NCBI GenBank assembly: GCA_964276515.1
Contig: OZ193910.1
Span: 7,440,001 to 7,504,000, forward strand
Origin: Gordius albopunctatus
Taxonomy: Eukaryota
Direction: 5' to 3'
DNA: 64,000 nt
A model generated the notes under the pieces. That model made no database searches. It saw only the letters and a program-made list of their open reading frames with translations, and was not told the origin of the DNA. Positions 38,560-53,120 of the stretch are shown here, piece after piece (positions within the stretch are counted from its first letter, which is position 1; the number at the start of each line of letters is the position of its first letter). Position numbers and translations under genes: made by a program.

Positions 38560-41500
38560 TAACATTTTTTACCGAAAACTTTCATGAGAGCTATATGGTT
38601 GAAGAAAAAATTGAAACAATTTTGAGGTCAAAAAAAATATTATTTTTCATATTCTTTCGAAAGGGAGATGAAAAAATCTTTAAAAGTTAGTAAATATTCT
38701 TAGCATTTTGTCCTTGTTAGAATCTTGATAGGAATTTATGCGTGGGAGGATGTTTTAGATTGAGAGAAATTAAAATTTAGGTGTACGTTTATATTGTTTC
38801 AATATCGCTTTATAAGCGTGTCTCTAGTTTTAGTGAAACAAGCTCTATGCGATCGTGATTTAGAGTTAATAATTTTTGATGACTGATCAAAAAAATGTTT
38901 TTAAAGGAATTAACATTTTTTACCGAAAACTTTCATGAGAGCTATATGGTTGAAGAAAAAATTGAAACAATTTTGAGGTCGAAAAAAATATTATTTTTCA
39001 TATTCTTTCGAAAGGGAGATGAAAAAATCTTTAAAAGTTAGTAAATATTCTTAGCATTTTGTCCTTGTTAGAATCTTGATAGGAACTTTTGCGTGGGGTG
39101 ATGTTTGAGATTGAGAGAAATTAAAATTTAGGTGTACGTTTATATTGTTTCAATATCGCTTTATAAGCGTGTCTCTAGTTTTAGTGAAACAAGCTCTATG
39201 CGATCGTGATTTAGAGTTAATAATTTTTGATGACTGATCAAAAAAATGTTTTTAAAGGAATTAACATTTTTTACCGAAAACTTTCATGAGAGCTATATGG
39301 TTGAAGAAAAAATTGAAACAATTTTGAGGTCGAAAAAAATATTATTTTTCATATTCTTTCGAAAGGGATGATGAAAAAACCTTTAAAAGTTAGTAAATAC
39401 TCATAGAATTTTGTCCTTGTTAGAATCTTGATAGGAACTTTTGCGTGGGGTGATGTTTGAGATTGAGAGAAATTAAAATTTAGGTGTACGTTTATATTGT
39501 TTCAATATCGCTTTATAAGCGTGTCTCTAGTTTTAGTGAAACAAGCTCTATGCGATCGTGATTTAGAGTTAATAATTTTTGATGACTGATCAAAAAAATG
39601 TTTTTAAAGGAATTAACATTTTTTACCGAAAACTTTCATGAGAGCTATATGGTTGAAGAAAAAATTGAAAAAATTTAGAGGTCGAAAAAAATATTATTTT
39701 TCATATTCTTTCGAAAGGGAGATGAAAAAATCTTTAAAAGTTAGTAAATATTCATAGCATTTTGTCCTTGTTAGAATCTTGATAGGAACTTTTGCGTGGG
39801 ATGATGTTTTAGATTGAGAGAAATTAGAATTTTCGTGTTGCATTTAGATTGTTTCAATATCGCTTTATAAGCGTGTTTCTAGTTTTAGTGAAACAAGCTC
39901 TATGCGATCGTGATTCAGAGTTAATAATTTTTGATGACTGATCAAAAAAATGTTTTTAAAGGAATTCACCTCTTATACCGAAAACTTTCATGAGAGCTAT
40001 ATGGTTGAACAAAAAAATTGAAAAAATTTCGAGGTCGAAAAAAATAATATTTTTCATATTCTTTTGAAAGGGAGATGAAAAAATCTTTAAAAGATTTTAA
40101 ATATTCTTAGCATTTTGTCCTTGTTAGAATCTTGATAGGAATTTATGCGTGGGAGGATGTTTTAGATTGAGAGAAATTAAAATTTAGGTGTTGCGTTTAG
40201 ATTGTTTCAATATCGCTTTATAAGCGTGTCTCTAGTTTTAGTGAAACAAGCTCCATGCGATCGTGATTTAGAGTTAATAATTTTTGATGACTGATCAAAA
40301 AAAATGTTTTTCAAGGAATTAACATTTTTTACCGAAAACTTTCATGAGAGCTATATGGTTGAAGAAAAAATTGAAAAAATTATGAGGTCGAAAAAAATAT
40401 TATTTTTCATATTCTTTCGAAAGGGAGATGAAAAAATCTTTAAAAGTTAGTAAATACTCTTAGAATTTTGTCCTTGTTTGAATCTTGATAGGAATTTTTG
40501 CGTGGGGGGATGTTTTAGATTGAGAGAAATTAAAATTTAGGTGTTGCGTTTATATTGTTTCAATATCGCTTTATAAGCGTGTCTCTAGTTTTAGTGAAAC
40601 AAGCTCTATGCGATCGTGATTTAAAGTTAATAATTTTTGATGACTGATCAAAAAAATGTTTTTAAAGGAATTCACCTCTTATACCGAAAACTTTCATGAG
40701 AGCTATATGGTTGAACAAAAAAAATTAAAACAATTTTGAGGTCGAAAAAAATATTATTTTTCATATTCTTTCGAAAGGGAGATGAAAAAAGAATTTTTGC
40801 GTGGGGGATGTTTGAGATTGAGAGAAATTAAAATTTTCGTGTTGCGTTTAGATTGTTTCAATATCGCTTTATAAGCGTGTTTCTAGTTTTAGTGAAACAG
40901 GCTCTATGCGATCGTGATTTAGAGTTAATAATTTTTGATGACTGATCAAAAAAATATTTTTCAAGGAATTCACCTCTTATACCGAAAACTTTCATAAGAG
41001 CTATATGGTTGAACAAAAAAATTGAAAAAATTTTGAGGTCGAAAAAAATATTATTTTTCATATTCTTTCGAAAGGGATGATGAAAAAACCTTTAAAAGTT
41101 AGTAAATACTCATAGAATTTTGTCCTTGTTAGAATCTTGATAGGAATTTATGCGTGGGAGGATGTTTTAGATTGAGAGAAATTAAAATTTAGGTGTTGCG
41201 TTTATATTGTTTCAATATCGCTTTATAAGCGTGTCTCTAGTTTTAGTGAAACAAGCTCTATGCGATCGTGATTTAGAGTTAATAATTTTTGATGACTGAT
41301 CAAAAAAATGTTTTTAAAGGAATTAACATTTTTTACCGAAAACTTTCATGAGAGCTATATGGTTGAAGAAAAAATTGAAACAATTTTGAGGTCAAAAAAA
41401 ATATTATTTTTCATATTCTTTCGAAAGGGAGATGAAAAAATCTTTAAAAGTTAGTAAATATTCTTAGCATTTTGTCCTTGTTAGAATCTTGATAGGAATT

Positions 41501-43910
41501 TATGCGTGGGAGGATGTTTTAGATTGAGAGAAATTAAAATTTAGGTGTACGTTTATATTGTTTCAATATCGCTTTATAAGCGTGTCTCTAGTTTTAGTGA
41601 AACAAGCTCTATGCGATCGTGATTTAGAGTTAATAATTTTTGATGACTGATCAAAAAAATGTTTTTAAAGGAATTAACATTTTTTACCGAAAACTTTCAT
41701 GAGAGCTATATGGTTGAAGAAAAAATTGAAACAATTTTGAGGTCGAAAAAAATATTATTTTTCATATTCTTTCGAAAGGGAGATGAAAAAATCTTTAAAA
41801 GTTAGTAAATATTCTTAGCATTTTGTCCTTGTTAGAATCTTGATAGGAACTTTTGCGTGGGGTGATGTTTGAGATTGAGAGAAATTAAAATTTAGGTGTA
41901 CGTTTATATTGTTTCAATATCGCTTTATAAGCGTGTCTCTAGTTTTAGTGAAACAAGCTCTATGCGATCGTGATTTAGAGTTAATAATTTTTGATGACTG
42001 ATCAAAAAAATGTTTTTAAAGGAATTAACATTTTTTACCGAAAACTTTCATGAGAGCTATATGGTTGAAGAAAAAATTGAAACAATTTTGAGGTCGAAAA
42101 AAATATTATTTTTCATATTCTTTCGAAAGGGATGATGAAAAAACCTTTAAAAGTTAGTAAATACTCATAGAATTTTGTCCTTGTTAGAATCTTGATAGGA
42201 ACTTTTGCGTGGGGTGATGTTTGAGATTGAGAGAAATTAAAATTTAGGTGTACGTTTATATTGTTTCAATATCGCTTTATAAGCGTGTCTCTAGTTTTAG
42301 TGAAACAAGCTCTATGCGATCGTGATTTAGAGTTAATAATTTTTGATGACTGATCAAAAAAATGTTTTTAAAGGAATTAACATTTTTTACCGAAAACTTT
42401 CATGAGAGCTATATGGTTGAAGAAAAAATTGAAAAAATTTAGAGGTCGAAAAAAATATTATTTTTCATATTCTTTCGAAAGGGAGATGAAAAAATCTTTA
42501 AAAGTTAGTAAATATTCATAGCATTTTGTCCTTGTTAGAATCTTGATAGGAACTTTTGCGTGGGATGATGTTTTAGATTGAGAGAAATTAGAATTTTCGT
42601 GTTGCATTTAGATTGTTTCAATATCGCTTTATAAGCGTGTTTCTAGTTTTAGTGAAACAAGCTCTATGCGATCGTGATTCAGAGTTAATAATTTTTGATG
42701 ACTGATCAAAAAAATGTTTTTAAAGGAATTCACCTCTTATACCGAAAACTTTCATGAGAGCTATATGGTTGAACAAAAAAATTGAAAAAATTTCGAGGTC
42801 GAAAAAAATAATATTTTTCATATTCTTTTGAAAGGGAGATGAAAAAATCTTTAAAAGATTTTAAATATTCTTAGCATTTTGTCCTTGTTAGAATCTTGAT
42901 AGGAATTTATGCGTGGGAGGATGTTTTAGATTGAGAGAAATTAAAATTTAGGTGTTGCGTTTAGATTGTTTCAATATCGCTTTATAAGCGTGTCTCTAGT
43001 TTTAGTGAAACAAGCTCCATGCGATCGTGATTTAGAGTTAATAATTTTTGATGACTGATCAAAAAAAATGTTTTTCAAGGAATTAACATTTTTTACCGAA
43101 AACTTTCATGAGAGCTATATGGTTGAAGAAAAAATTGAAAAAATTATGAGGTCGAAAAAAATATTATTTTTCATATTCTTTCGAAAGGGAGATGAAAAAA
43201 TCTTTAAAAGTTAGTAAATACTCTTAGAATTTTGTCCTTGTTTGAATCTTGATAGGAATTTTTGCGTGGGGGGATGTTTTAGATTGAGAGAAATTAAAAT
43301 TTAGGTGTTGCGTTTATATTGTTTCAATATCGCTTTATAAGCGTGTCTCTAGTTTTAGTGAAACAAGCTCTATGCGATCGTGATTTAAAGTTAATAATTT
43401 TTGATGACTGATCAAAAAAATGTTTTTAAAGGAATTCACCTCTTATACCGAAAACTTTCATGAGAGCTATATGGTTGAACAAAAAAAATTAAAACAATTT
43501 TGAGGTCGAAAAAAATATTATTTTTCATATTCTTTCGAAAGGGAGATGAAAAAAGAATTTTTGCGTGGGGGATGTTTGAGATTGAGAGAAATTAAAATTT
43601 TCGTGTTGCGTTTAGATTGTTTCAATATCGCTTTATAAGCGTGTTTCTAGTTTTAGTGAAACAGGCTCTATGCGATCGTGATTTAGAGTTAATAATTTTT
43701 GATGACTGATCAAAAAAATATTTTTCAAGGAATTCACCTCTTATACCGAAAACTTTCATAAGAGCTATATGGTTGAACAAAAAAATTGAAAAAATTTTGA
43801 GGTCGAAAAAAATATTATTTTTCATATTCTTTCGAAAGGGATGATGAAAAAACCTTTAAAAGTTAGTAAATACTCATAGAATTTTGTCCTTGTTAGAATC
43901 TTGATAGGAA
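38560..43910 (+). repeat. 2764-bp (8-monomer) tandem segmental duplication
   Basis: Private SNPs GAGGTCAAAA (38630/41394), GATTTAAAGTT (40624/43388) and AAAATAATAT (~40046/~42810) share a 2764-bp offset, as do ORFs 40858/43622. Boundaries are approximate. Confidence 0.9.
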
Positions 43911-46900
43911 CTTTTGCGTGGGGTGATGTTTTAGATTGAGAGAAATTAAAATTTTCGTGTTGCGTTTAGATTGTTTCAATATCGCTTTATAAGCGTGTCT
44001 CTAGTTTTAGTGAAACAAGCTCCATGCGATCGTGATTTAGAGTTAATAATTTTTGATGACTGATCAAAAAAAATGTTTTTCAAGGAATTAACATTTTTTA
44101 CCGAAAACTTTCATGAGAGCTATATGGTTGAAGAAAAAATTGAAACAATTTTGAGGTCGAAAAAAATATTATTTTTCATATTCTTTCGAAAGGGAGATGA
44201 AAAAATCTTTAAAAGTTAGTAAATATTCTTAGCATTTTGTCCTTGTTAGAATCTTGATAGGAATTTATGCGTGGGAGGATGTTTTAGATTGAGAGAAATT
44301 AAAATTTAGGTGTACGTTTATATTGTTTCAATATCGCTTTATAAGCGTGTTTCTAGTTTTAGTGAAACAGGCTCTATGCGATCGTGATTTAGAGTTAATA
44401 ATTTTTTATGACTGATCAAAAAAATATTTTTCAAGGAATTCACCTCTTATACCGAAAACTTTCATAAGAGCTATATGGTTGAACAAAAAAATTGAAAAAA
44501 TTTTGAGGTCGAAAAAAATATTATTTTTCATATTCTTTCGAAAGGGATGATGAAAAAACCTTTAAAAGTTAGTAAATACTCATAGAATTTTGTCCTTGTT
44601 AGAATCTTGATTGGAACTTTTGCGTGGGGTGATGTTTTAGATTGAGAGAAATTAAAATTTTCGTGTTGCGTTTAGATTGTTTCAATATCGCTTTATAAGC
44701 GTGTCTCTAGTTTTAGTGAAACAAGCTCCATGCGATCGTGATTTAGAGTTAATAATTTTTGATGACTGATCAAAAAAAATGTTTTTCAAGGAATTAACAT
44801 TTTTTACCGAAAACTTTCATGAGAGCTATATGGTTGAAGAAAAAATTGAAACAATTTTGAGGTCGAAAAAAATATTATTTTTCATATTCTTTCGAAAGGG
44901 AGATGAAAAAATCTTTAAAAGTTAGTAAATATTCTTAGCATTTTGTCCTTGTTAGAATCTTGATAGGAATTTATGCGTGGGAGGATGTTTTAGATTGAGA
45001 GAAATTAAAATTTAGGTGTTGCGTTTATATTGTTTCAATATCGCTTTATAAGCGTGTCTCTAGTTTTAGTGAAACAAGCTCTATGCGATCGTGATTTAGA
45101 GTTAATAATTTTTGATGACTGATCAAAAAAATGTTTTTAAAGGAATTCACCTCTTATACCGAAAACTTTCATGAGAGCTATATGGTTGAACAAAAAAATT
45201 GAAAAAATTTTGAGGTCGAAAAAAATATTATTTTTCATATTCTTTCGAAAGGGATGATGAAAAAACCTTTAAAAGTTAGTAAATACTCATAGAATTTTGT
45301 CCTTGTTAGAATCTTGATAGGAACTTTTGCGTGGGGTGATGTTTGAGATTGAGAGAAATTAAAATTTAGGTGTACGTTTATATTGTTTCAATATCGCTTT
45401 ATAAGCGTGTCTCTAGTTTTAGTGAAACAAGCTCTATGCGATCGTGATTTAGAGTTAATAATTTTTGATGACTGATCAAAAAAATGTTTTTAAAGGAATT
45501 AACATTTTTTACCGAAAACTTTCATGAGAGCTATATGGTTGAAGAAAAAATTGAAACAATTTTGAGGTCGAAAAAAATATTATTTTTCATATTCTTTCGA
45601 AAGGGAGATGAAAAAATCTTTAAAAGTTAGTAAATATTCTTAGCATTTTGTCCTTGTTAGAATCTTGATAGGAACTTTTGCGTGGGATGATGTTTTAGAT
45701 TGAGAGAAATTAAAATTTTCGTGTTGCGTTTAGATTGTTTCAATATCGCTTTATAAGCGTGTCTCTAGTTTTAGTGAAACAAGCTCCATGCGATCGTGAT
45801 TTAGAGTTAATAATTTTTGATGACTGATCAAAAAAAATGTTTTTAAAGGAATTAACATTTTTTACCGAAAACTTTCATGAGAGCTATATGGTTGAAGAAA
45901 AAATTGAAACAATTTTGAGGTCGAAAAAAATATTATTTTTCATATTCTTTCGAAAGGGAGATGAAAAAATCTTTAAAAGTTAGTAAATATTCTTAGCATT
46001 TTGTCCTTGTTAGAATCTTGATAGGAATTTATGCGTGGGAGGATGTTTTAGATTGAGAGAAATTAAAATTTAGGTGTTGCGTTTATATTGTTTCAATATC
46101 GCTTTATAAGCGTGTCTCTAGTTTTAGTGAAACAAGCTCTATGCGATCGTGATTTAGAGTTAATAATTTTTGATGACTGATCAAAAAAATGTTTTTAAAG
46201 GAATTCACCTCTTATACCGAAAACTTTCATGAGAGCTATATGGTTGAACAAAAAAAATTAAAACAATTTTGAGGTCGAAAAAAATATTATTTTTCATATT
46301 CTTTCGAAAGGGAGATGAAAAAATCTTTAAAAGTTAGTAAATATTCTTAGCATTTTGTCCTTGTTAGAATCTTGATAGGAATTTATGCGTGGGAGGATGT
46401 TTTAGATTGAGAGAAATTAAAATTTAGGTGTACGTTTATATTGTTTCAATATCGCTTTATAAGCGTGTCTCTAGTTTTAGTGAAACAAGCTCTATGCGAT
46501 CGGGATTTAGAGTTAATAATTTTTGATGACTGATCAAAAAAATATTTTTAAAGGAATTCACCTCTTATACCGAAAACTTTCATGAGAGCTATATGGTTGA
46601 ACAAAATAAATTAAAACAATTTTGAGGTCGAAAAAAATATTATTTTTCATATTCTTTCGAAAGGGAGATGAAAAAATCTTTAAAAGTTAGTAAATATTCT
46701 TAGCATTTTGTCCTTGTTAGAATCTTGATAGGAATTTATGCGTGGGAGGATGTTTTAGATTGAGAGAAATTAAAATTTAGGTGTACGTTTATATTGTTTC
46801 AATATCGCTTTATAAGCGTGTTTCTAGTTTTAGTGAAACAGGCTCTATGCGATCGTGATTTAGAGTTAATAATTTTTTATGACTGATCAAAAAAATATTT

Positions 46901-48289
46901 TTCAAGGAATTCACCTCTTATACCGAAAACTTTCATAAGAGCTATATGGTTGAACAAAAAAATTGAAAAAATTTTGAGGTCGAAAAAAATATTATTTTTC
47001 ATATTCTTTCGAAAGGGATGATGAAAAAACCTTTAAAAGTTAGTAAATACTCATAGAATTTTGTCCTTGTTAGAATCTTGATTGGAACTTTTGCGTGGGG
47101 TGATGTTTTAGATTGAGAGAAATTAAAATTTTCGTGTTGCGTTTAGATTGTTTCAATATCGCTTTATAAGCGTGTCTCTAGTTTTAGTGAAACAAGCTCC
47201 ATGCGATCGTGATTTAGAGTTAATAATTTTTGATGACTGATCAAAAAAAATGTTTTTCAAGGAATTAACATTTTTTACCGAAAACTTTCATGAGAGCTAT
47301 ATGGTTGAAGAAAAAATTGAAACAATTTTGAGGTCGAAAAAAATATTATTTTTCATATTCTTTCGAAAGGGAGATGAAAAAATCTTTAAAAGTTAGTAAA
47401 TATTCTTAGCATTTTGTCCTTGTTAGAATCTTGATAGGAATTTATGCGTGGGAGGATGTTTTAGATTGAGAGAAATTAAAATTTAGGTGTTGCGTTTATA
47501 TTGTTTCAATATCGCTTTATAAGCGTGTCTCTAGTTTTAGTGAAACAAGCTCTATGCGATCGTGATTTAGAGTTAATAATTTTTGATGACTGATCAAAAA
47601 AATGTTTTTAAAGGAATTCACCTCTTATACCGAAAACTTTCATGAGAGCTATATGGTTGAACAAAAAAATTGAAAAAATTTTGAGGTCGAAAAAAATATT
47701 ATTTTTCATATTCTTTCGAAAGGGATGATGAAAAAACCTTTAAAAGTTAGTAAATACTCATAGAATTTTGTCCTTGTTAGAATCTTGATAGGAACTTTTG
47801 CGTGGGGTGATGTTTGAGATTGAGAGAAATTAAAATTTAGGTGTACGTTTATATTGTTTCAATATCGCTTTATAAGCGTGTCTCTAGTTTTAGTGAAACA
47901 AGCTCTATGCGATCGTGATTTAGAGTTAATAATTTTTGATGACTGATCAAAAAAATGTTTTTAAAGGAATTAACATTTTTTACCGAAAACTTTCATGAGA
48001 GCTATATGGTTGAAGAAAAAATTGAAACAATTTTGAGGTCGAAAAAAATATTATTTTTCATATTCTTTCGAAAGGGAGATGAAAAAATCTTTAAAAGTTA
48101 GTAAATATTCTTAGCATTTTGTCCTTGTTAGAATCTTGATAGGAATTTATGCGTGGGAGGATGTTTTAGATTGAGAGAAATTAAAATTTAGGTGTACGTT
48201 TATATTGTTTCAATATCGCTTTATAAGCGTGTCTCTAGTTTTAGTGAAACAAGCTCTATGCGATCGTGATTTAGAGTTAATAATTTTTG

Positions 48290-51200
48290 ATGACTGATCA
48301 AAAAAATGTTTTTAAAGGAATTAACATTTTTTACCGAAAACTTTCATGAGAGCTATATGGTTGAAGAAAAAATTGAAACAATTTTGAGGTCGAAAAAAAT
48401 ATTATTTTTCATATTCTTTCGAAAGGGAGATGAAAAAATCTTTAAAAGTTAGTAAATATTCTTAGCATTTTGTCCTTGTTAGAATCTTGATAGGAATTTA
48501 TGCGTGGGAGGATGTTTTAGATTGAGAGAAATTAAAATTTAGGTGTTGCGTTTAGATTGATTCAATTTCGCTTTATAAGCGTGTCTCTAGTTTTAGTGAA
48601 ACAAGCTCTATGCGATCGTGATTTAGAGTTAATAATTTTTCATGACTGATCAAAAAAAATGTTTTTCAAGGAATTAACATTTTTTACCGAAAACTTTCAT
48701 GAGAGCTATATGGTTGAAGAAAAAATTGAAACAATTTTGAGGTCGAAAAAAATATTATTTTTCATATTCTTTCGAAAGGGAGATGAAAAAATCTTTAAAA
48801 GTTAGTAAATATTCTTAGCATTTTGTCCTTGTTAGAATCTTTATAGGAATTTATGCGTGGGAGGATGTTTTAGATTGAGAGAAATTAAAATTTAGGTGTT
48901 GCGTTTATATTGTTTCAATATCGCTTTATAAGCGTGTCTCTAGTTTTAGTGAAACAAGGTCCATGCGATCGTGATTTGGAGTTAATAATTTTTGATGACT
49001 GATCAAAAAAATGTTTTTAAAGGAATTAACATTTTTTACCGAAAACTTTCATGAGCTATATGGTTGAACAAAAAAATTAAAAAAATTTTGAGGTCGAAAA
49101 AAATATTATTTTTTAAATTCTTTCGAATGGGAGATGAAAAAATCCTTAAAAGTTAGTAAATATTCTTAGCATTCTGTCCTTGTTAGAATCTTGAAAGGAA
49201 TTTTTGCGTGGGGGGATGTTTTAGATTGAGAGAAATTAAAATTTTCGTGTTGCGTTTAGATTGTTTCAATATGGCTTTATAAGCGTGTCTCTAGTTTTAG
49301 TGAAACAAGGTCCATGCGATCGTGATTTAGAGTTAATATGTTTTGATGACTGATCAAAAAAATGTTTTTCAAGGAATTCACCTCTTATACCGAAAACTTT
49401 CATGAGAGCTATATGGTTGAACAAAAAAAATTAAAACAATTTTGAGGTCGAAAAAAATATTATTTTTCATATTCTTTCGAAAGGGAGATGAAAAAATCTT
49501 TAAAAGTTAGTAAATATTCTTAGCATTTTGTCCTTGTTAGAATCTTGATAGGAATTTATGCGTGGGAGGATGTTTTAGATTGAGAGAAATTAAAATTTAG
49601 GTGTACGTTTATATTGTTTCAATATCGCTTTATAAGCGTGTCTCTAGTTTTAGTGAAACAAGCTCTATGCGATCGTGATTTAGAGTTAATAATTTTTGAT
49701 GACTGATCAAAAAAATGTTTTTAAAGGAATTAACATTTTTTACCGAAAACTTTCATGAGAGCTATATGGTTGAAGAAAAAATTGAAACAATTTTGAGGTC
49801 GAAAAAAATATTATTTTTCATATTCTTTCGAAAGGGAGATGAAAAAATCTTTAAAAGTTAGTAAATATTCTTAGCATTTTGTCCTTGTTAGAATCTTGAT
49901 AGGAATTTATGCGTGGGAGGATGTTTTAGATTGAGAGAAATTAAAATTTAGGTGTTGCGTTTATATTGTTTCAATATCGCTTTATAAGCGTGTCTCTAGT
50001 TTTAGTGAAACAAGGTCCATGCGATCGTGATTTAGAGTTAATAATTTTTGATGACTGATCAAAAAAATGTTTTTAAAGGAATTAACATTTTTTACCGAAA
50101 ACTTTCATGAGCTATATGGTTGAACAAAAAAATTAAAAAAATTTTGAGGTCGAAAAAAATATTATTTTTCATATTCTTTCGAAAGGGAGATGAAAAAATC
50201 TTTAAAAGTTAGTAAATATTCTTAGCATTTTGTCCTTGTTAGAATCTTGATAGGAATTTATGCGTGGGAGGATGTTTTAGATTGAGAGAAATTAAAATTT
50301 AGGTGTTGCGTTTATATTGTTTCAATATCGCTTTATAAGCGTGTCTCTAGTTTTAGTGAAACAAGGTCCATGCGATCGTGATTTAGAGTTAATAATTTTT
50401 GATGACTGATCAAAAAAATGTTTTTAAAGGAATTAACATTTTTTACCGAAAACTTTCATGAGCTATATGGTTGAACAAAAAAATTAAAAAAATTTTGAGG
50501 TCGAAAAAAATATTATTTTTTATATTCTTTCGAATGGGAGATGAAAAAATCCTTAAAAGTTAGTAAATATTCTTAGCATTCTGTCCTTGTTAGAATCTTG
50601 AAAGGAATTTTTGCGTGGGGGGATGTTTTAGATTGAGAGAAATTAAAATTTTCGTGTTGCGTTTAGATTGTTTCAATATGGCTTTATAAGCGTGTCTCTA
50701 GTTTTAGTGAAACAAGGTCCATGCGATCGTGATTTAGAGTTAATAATTTTTGATGACTGATCAAAAAAATGTTTTTCAAGGAATTCACCTCTTATACCGA
50801 AAACTTTCATGAGAGCTATATGGTTGAACAAAAAAAATTAAAACAATTTTGAGGTCGAAAAAAATATTATTTTTCATATTCTTTCGAAAGGGAGATGAAA
50901 AAATCTTTAAAAGTTAGTAAATATTCTTAGCATTTTGTCCTTGTTAGAATCTTGATAGGAATTTATGCGTGGGAGGATGTTTTAGATTGAGAGAAATTAA
51001 AATTTAGGTGTACGTTTATATTGTTTCAATATCGCTTTATAAGCGTGTCTCTAGTTTTAGTGAAACAAGCTCTATGCGATCGTGATTTAGAGTTAATAAT
51101 TTTTGATGACTGATCAAAAAAATGTTTTTAAAGGAATTAACATTTTTTACCGAAAACTTTCATGAGAGCTATATGGTTGAAGAAAAAATTGAAACAATTT

Positions 51201-53120
51201 TGAGGTCGAAAAAAATATTATTTTTCATATTCTTTCGAAAGGGAGATGAAAAAATCTTTAAAAGTTAGTAAATATTCTTAGCATTTTGTCCTTGTTAGAA
51301 TCTTGATAGGAATTTATGCGTGGGAGGATGTTTTAGATTGAGAGAAATTAAAATTTAGGTGTTGCGTTTATATTGTTTCAATATCGCTTTATAAGCGTGT
51401 CTCTAGTTTTAGTGAAACAAGGTCCATGCGATCGTGATTTAGAGTTAATAATTTTTGATGACTGATCAAAAAAATGTTTTTAAAGGAATTAACATTTTTT
51501 ACCGAAAACTTTCATGAGCTATATGGTTGAACAAAAAAATTAAAAAAATTTTGAGGTCGAAAAAAATATTATTTTTCATATTCTTTCGAAAGGGAGATGA
51601 AAAAATCTTTAAAAGTTAGTAAATATTCTTAGCATTTTGTCCTTGTTAGAATCTTGATAGGAATTTATGCGTGGGAGGATGTTTTAGATTGAGAGAAATT
51701 AAAATTTAGGTGTAGGTTTATATTGTTTCAATATCGCTTTATAAGCGTGTCTCTAGTTTTAGTGAAACAAGCTCTATGCGATCGTGATTTAGAGTTAATA
51801 ATTTTTGATGACTGATCAAAAAAATGTTTTTAAAGGAATTAACATTTTTTACCGAAAACTTTCATGAGAGCTATATGGTTGAAGAAAAAATTGAAACAAT
51901 TTTGAGGTCGAAAAAAATATTATTTTTCATATTCTTTCGAAAGGGAGATGAAAAAATCTTTAAAAGTTAGTAAATATTCTTAGCATTTTGTCCTTGTTAG
52001 AATCTTGATAGGAATTTATGCGTGGGAGGATGTTTTAGATTGAGAGAAATTAAAATTTAGGTGTTGCGTTTAGATTGATTCAATTTCGCTTTATAAGCGT
52101 GTCTCTAGTTTTAGTGAAACAAGCTCTATGCGATCGTGATTTAGAGTTAATAATTTTTCATGACTGATCAAAAAAAATGTTTTTCAAGGAATTAACATTT
52201 TTTACCGAAAACTTTCATGAGAGCTATATGGTTGAAGAAAAAATTGAAACAATTTTGAGGTCGAAAAAAATATTATTTTTCATATTCTTTCGAAAGGGAG
52301 ATGAAAAAATCTTTAAAAGTTAGTAAATATTCATAGCATTTTGTCCTTGTTAGAATCTTGATAGGAATTTATGCGTGGGAGGATGTTTTAGATTGAGAGA
52401 AATTAAAATTTAGGTGTTGCGTTTATATTGTTTCAATATCGCTTTATAAGCGTGTCTCTAGTTTTAGTGAAACAAGGTCCATGCGATCGTGATTTAGAGT
52501 TAATAATTTTTGATGACTGATCAAAAAAATGTTTTTAAAGGAATTAACATTTTTTACCGAAAACTTTCATGAGCTATATGGTTGAACAAAAAAATTAAAA
52601 AAATTTTGAGGTCGAAAAAAATATTATTTTTTATATTCTTTCGAATGGGAGATGAAAAAATCCTTAAAAGTTAGTAAATATTCTTAGCATTCTGTCCTTG
52701 TTAGAATCTTGAAAGGAATTTTTGCGTGGGGGGATGTTTTAGATTGAGAGAAATTAAAATTTTCGTGTTGCGTTTAGATTGTTTCAATATGGCTTTATAA
52801 GCGTGTCTCTAGTTTTAGTGAAACAAGGTCCATGCGATCGTGATTTAGAGTTAATAATTTTTGATGACTGATCAAAAAAATGTTTTTCAAGGAATTCACC
52901 TCTTATACCGAAAACTTTCATGAGAGCTATATGGTTGAACAAAAAAAATTAAAACAATTTTGAGGTCGAAAAAAATATTATTTTTCATATTCTTTCGAAA
53001 GGGAGATGAAAAAATCTTTAAAAGTTAGTAAATATTCTTAGCATTTTGTCCTTGTTAGAATCTTGATAGGAATTTATGCGTGGGAGGATGTTTTAGATTG
53101 AGAGAAATTAAAATTTAGGT
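48290..53120 (+). repeat. Nested duplication block with 1407-bp (4-mer) and 3518-bp (10-mer) offsets, marked by a 2-bp GA deletion
   Basis: CATGAGCTATA (versus CATGAGAGCTATA) occurs at 49051, 50107, 50458, 51514 and 52569. GATTGATTCAATTTCG is at 48560/52078 and TTTTCATGAC at 48641/52159, both offset by 3518. Confidence 0.85.
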
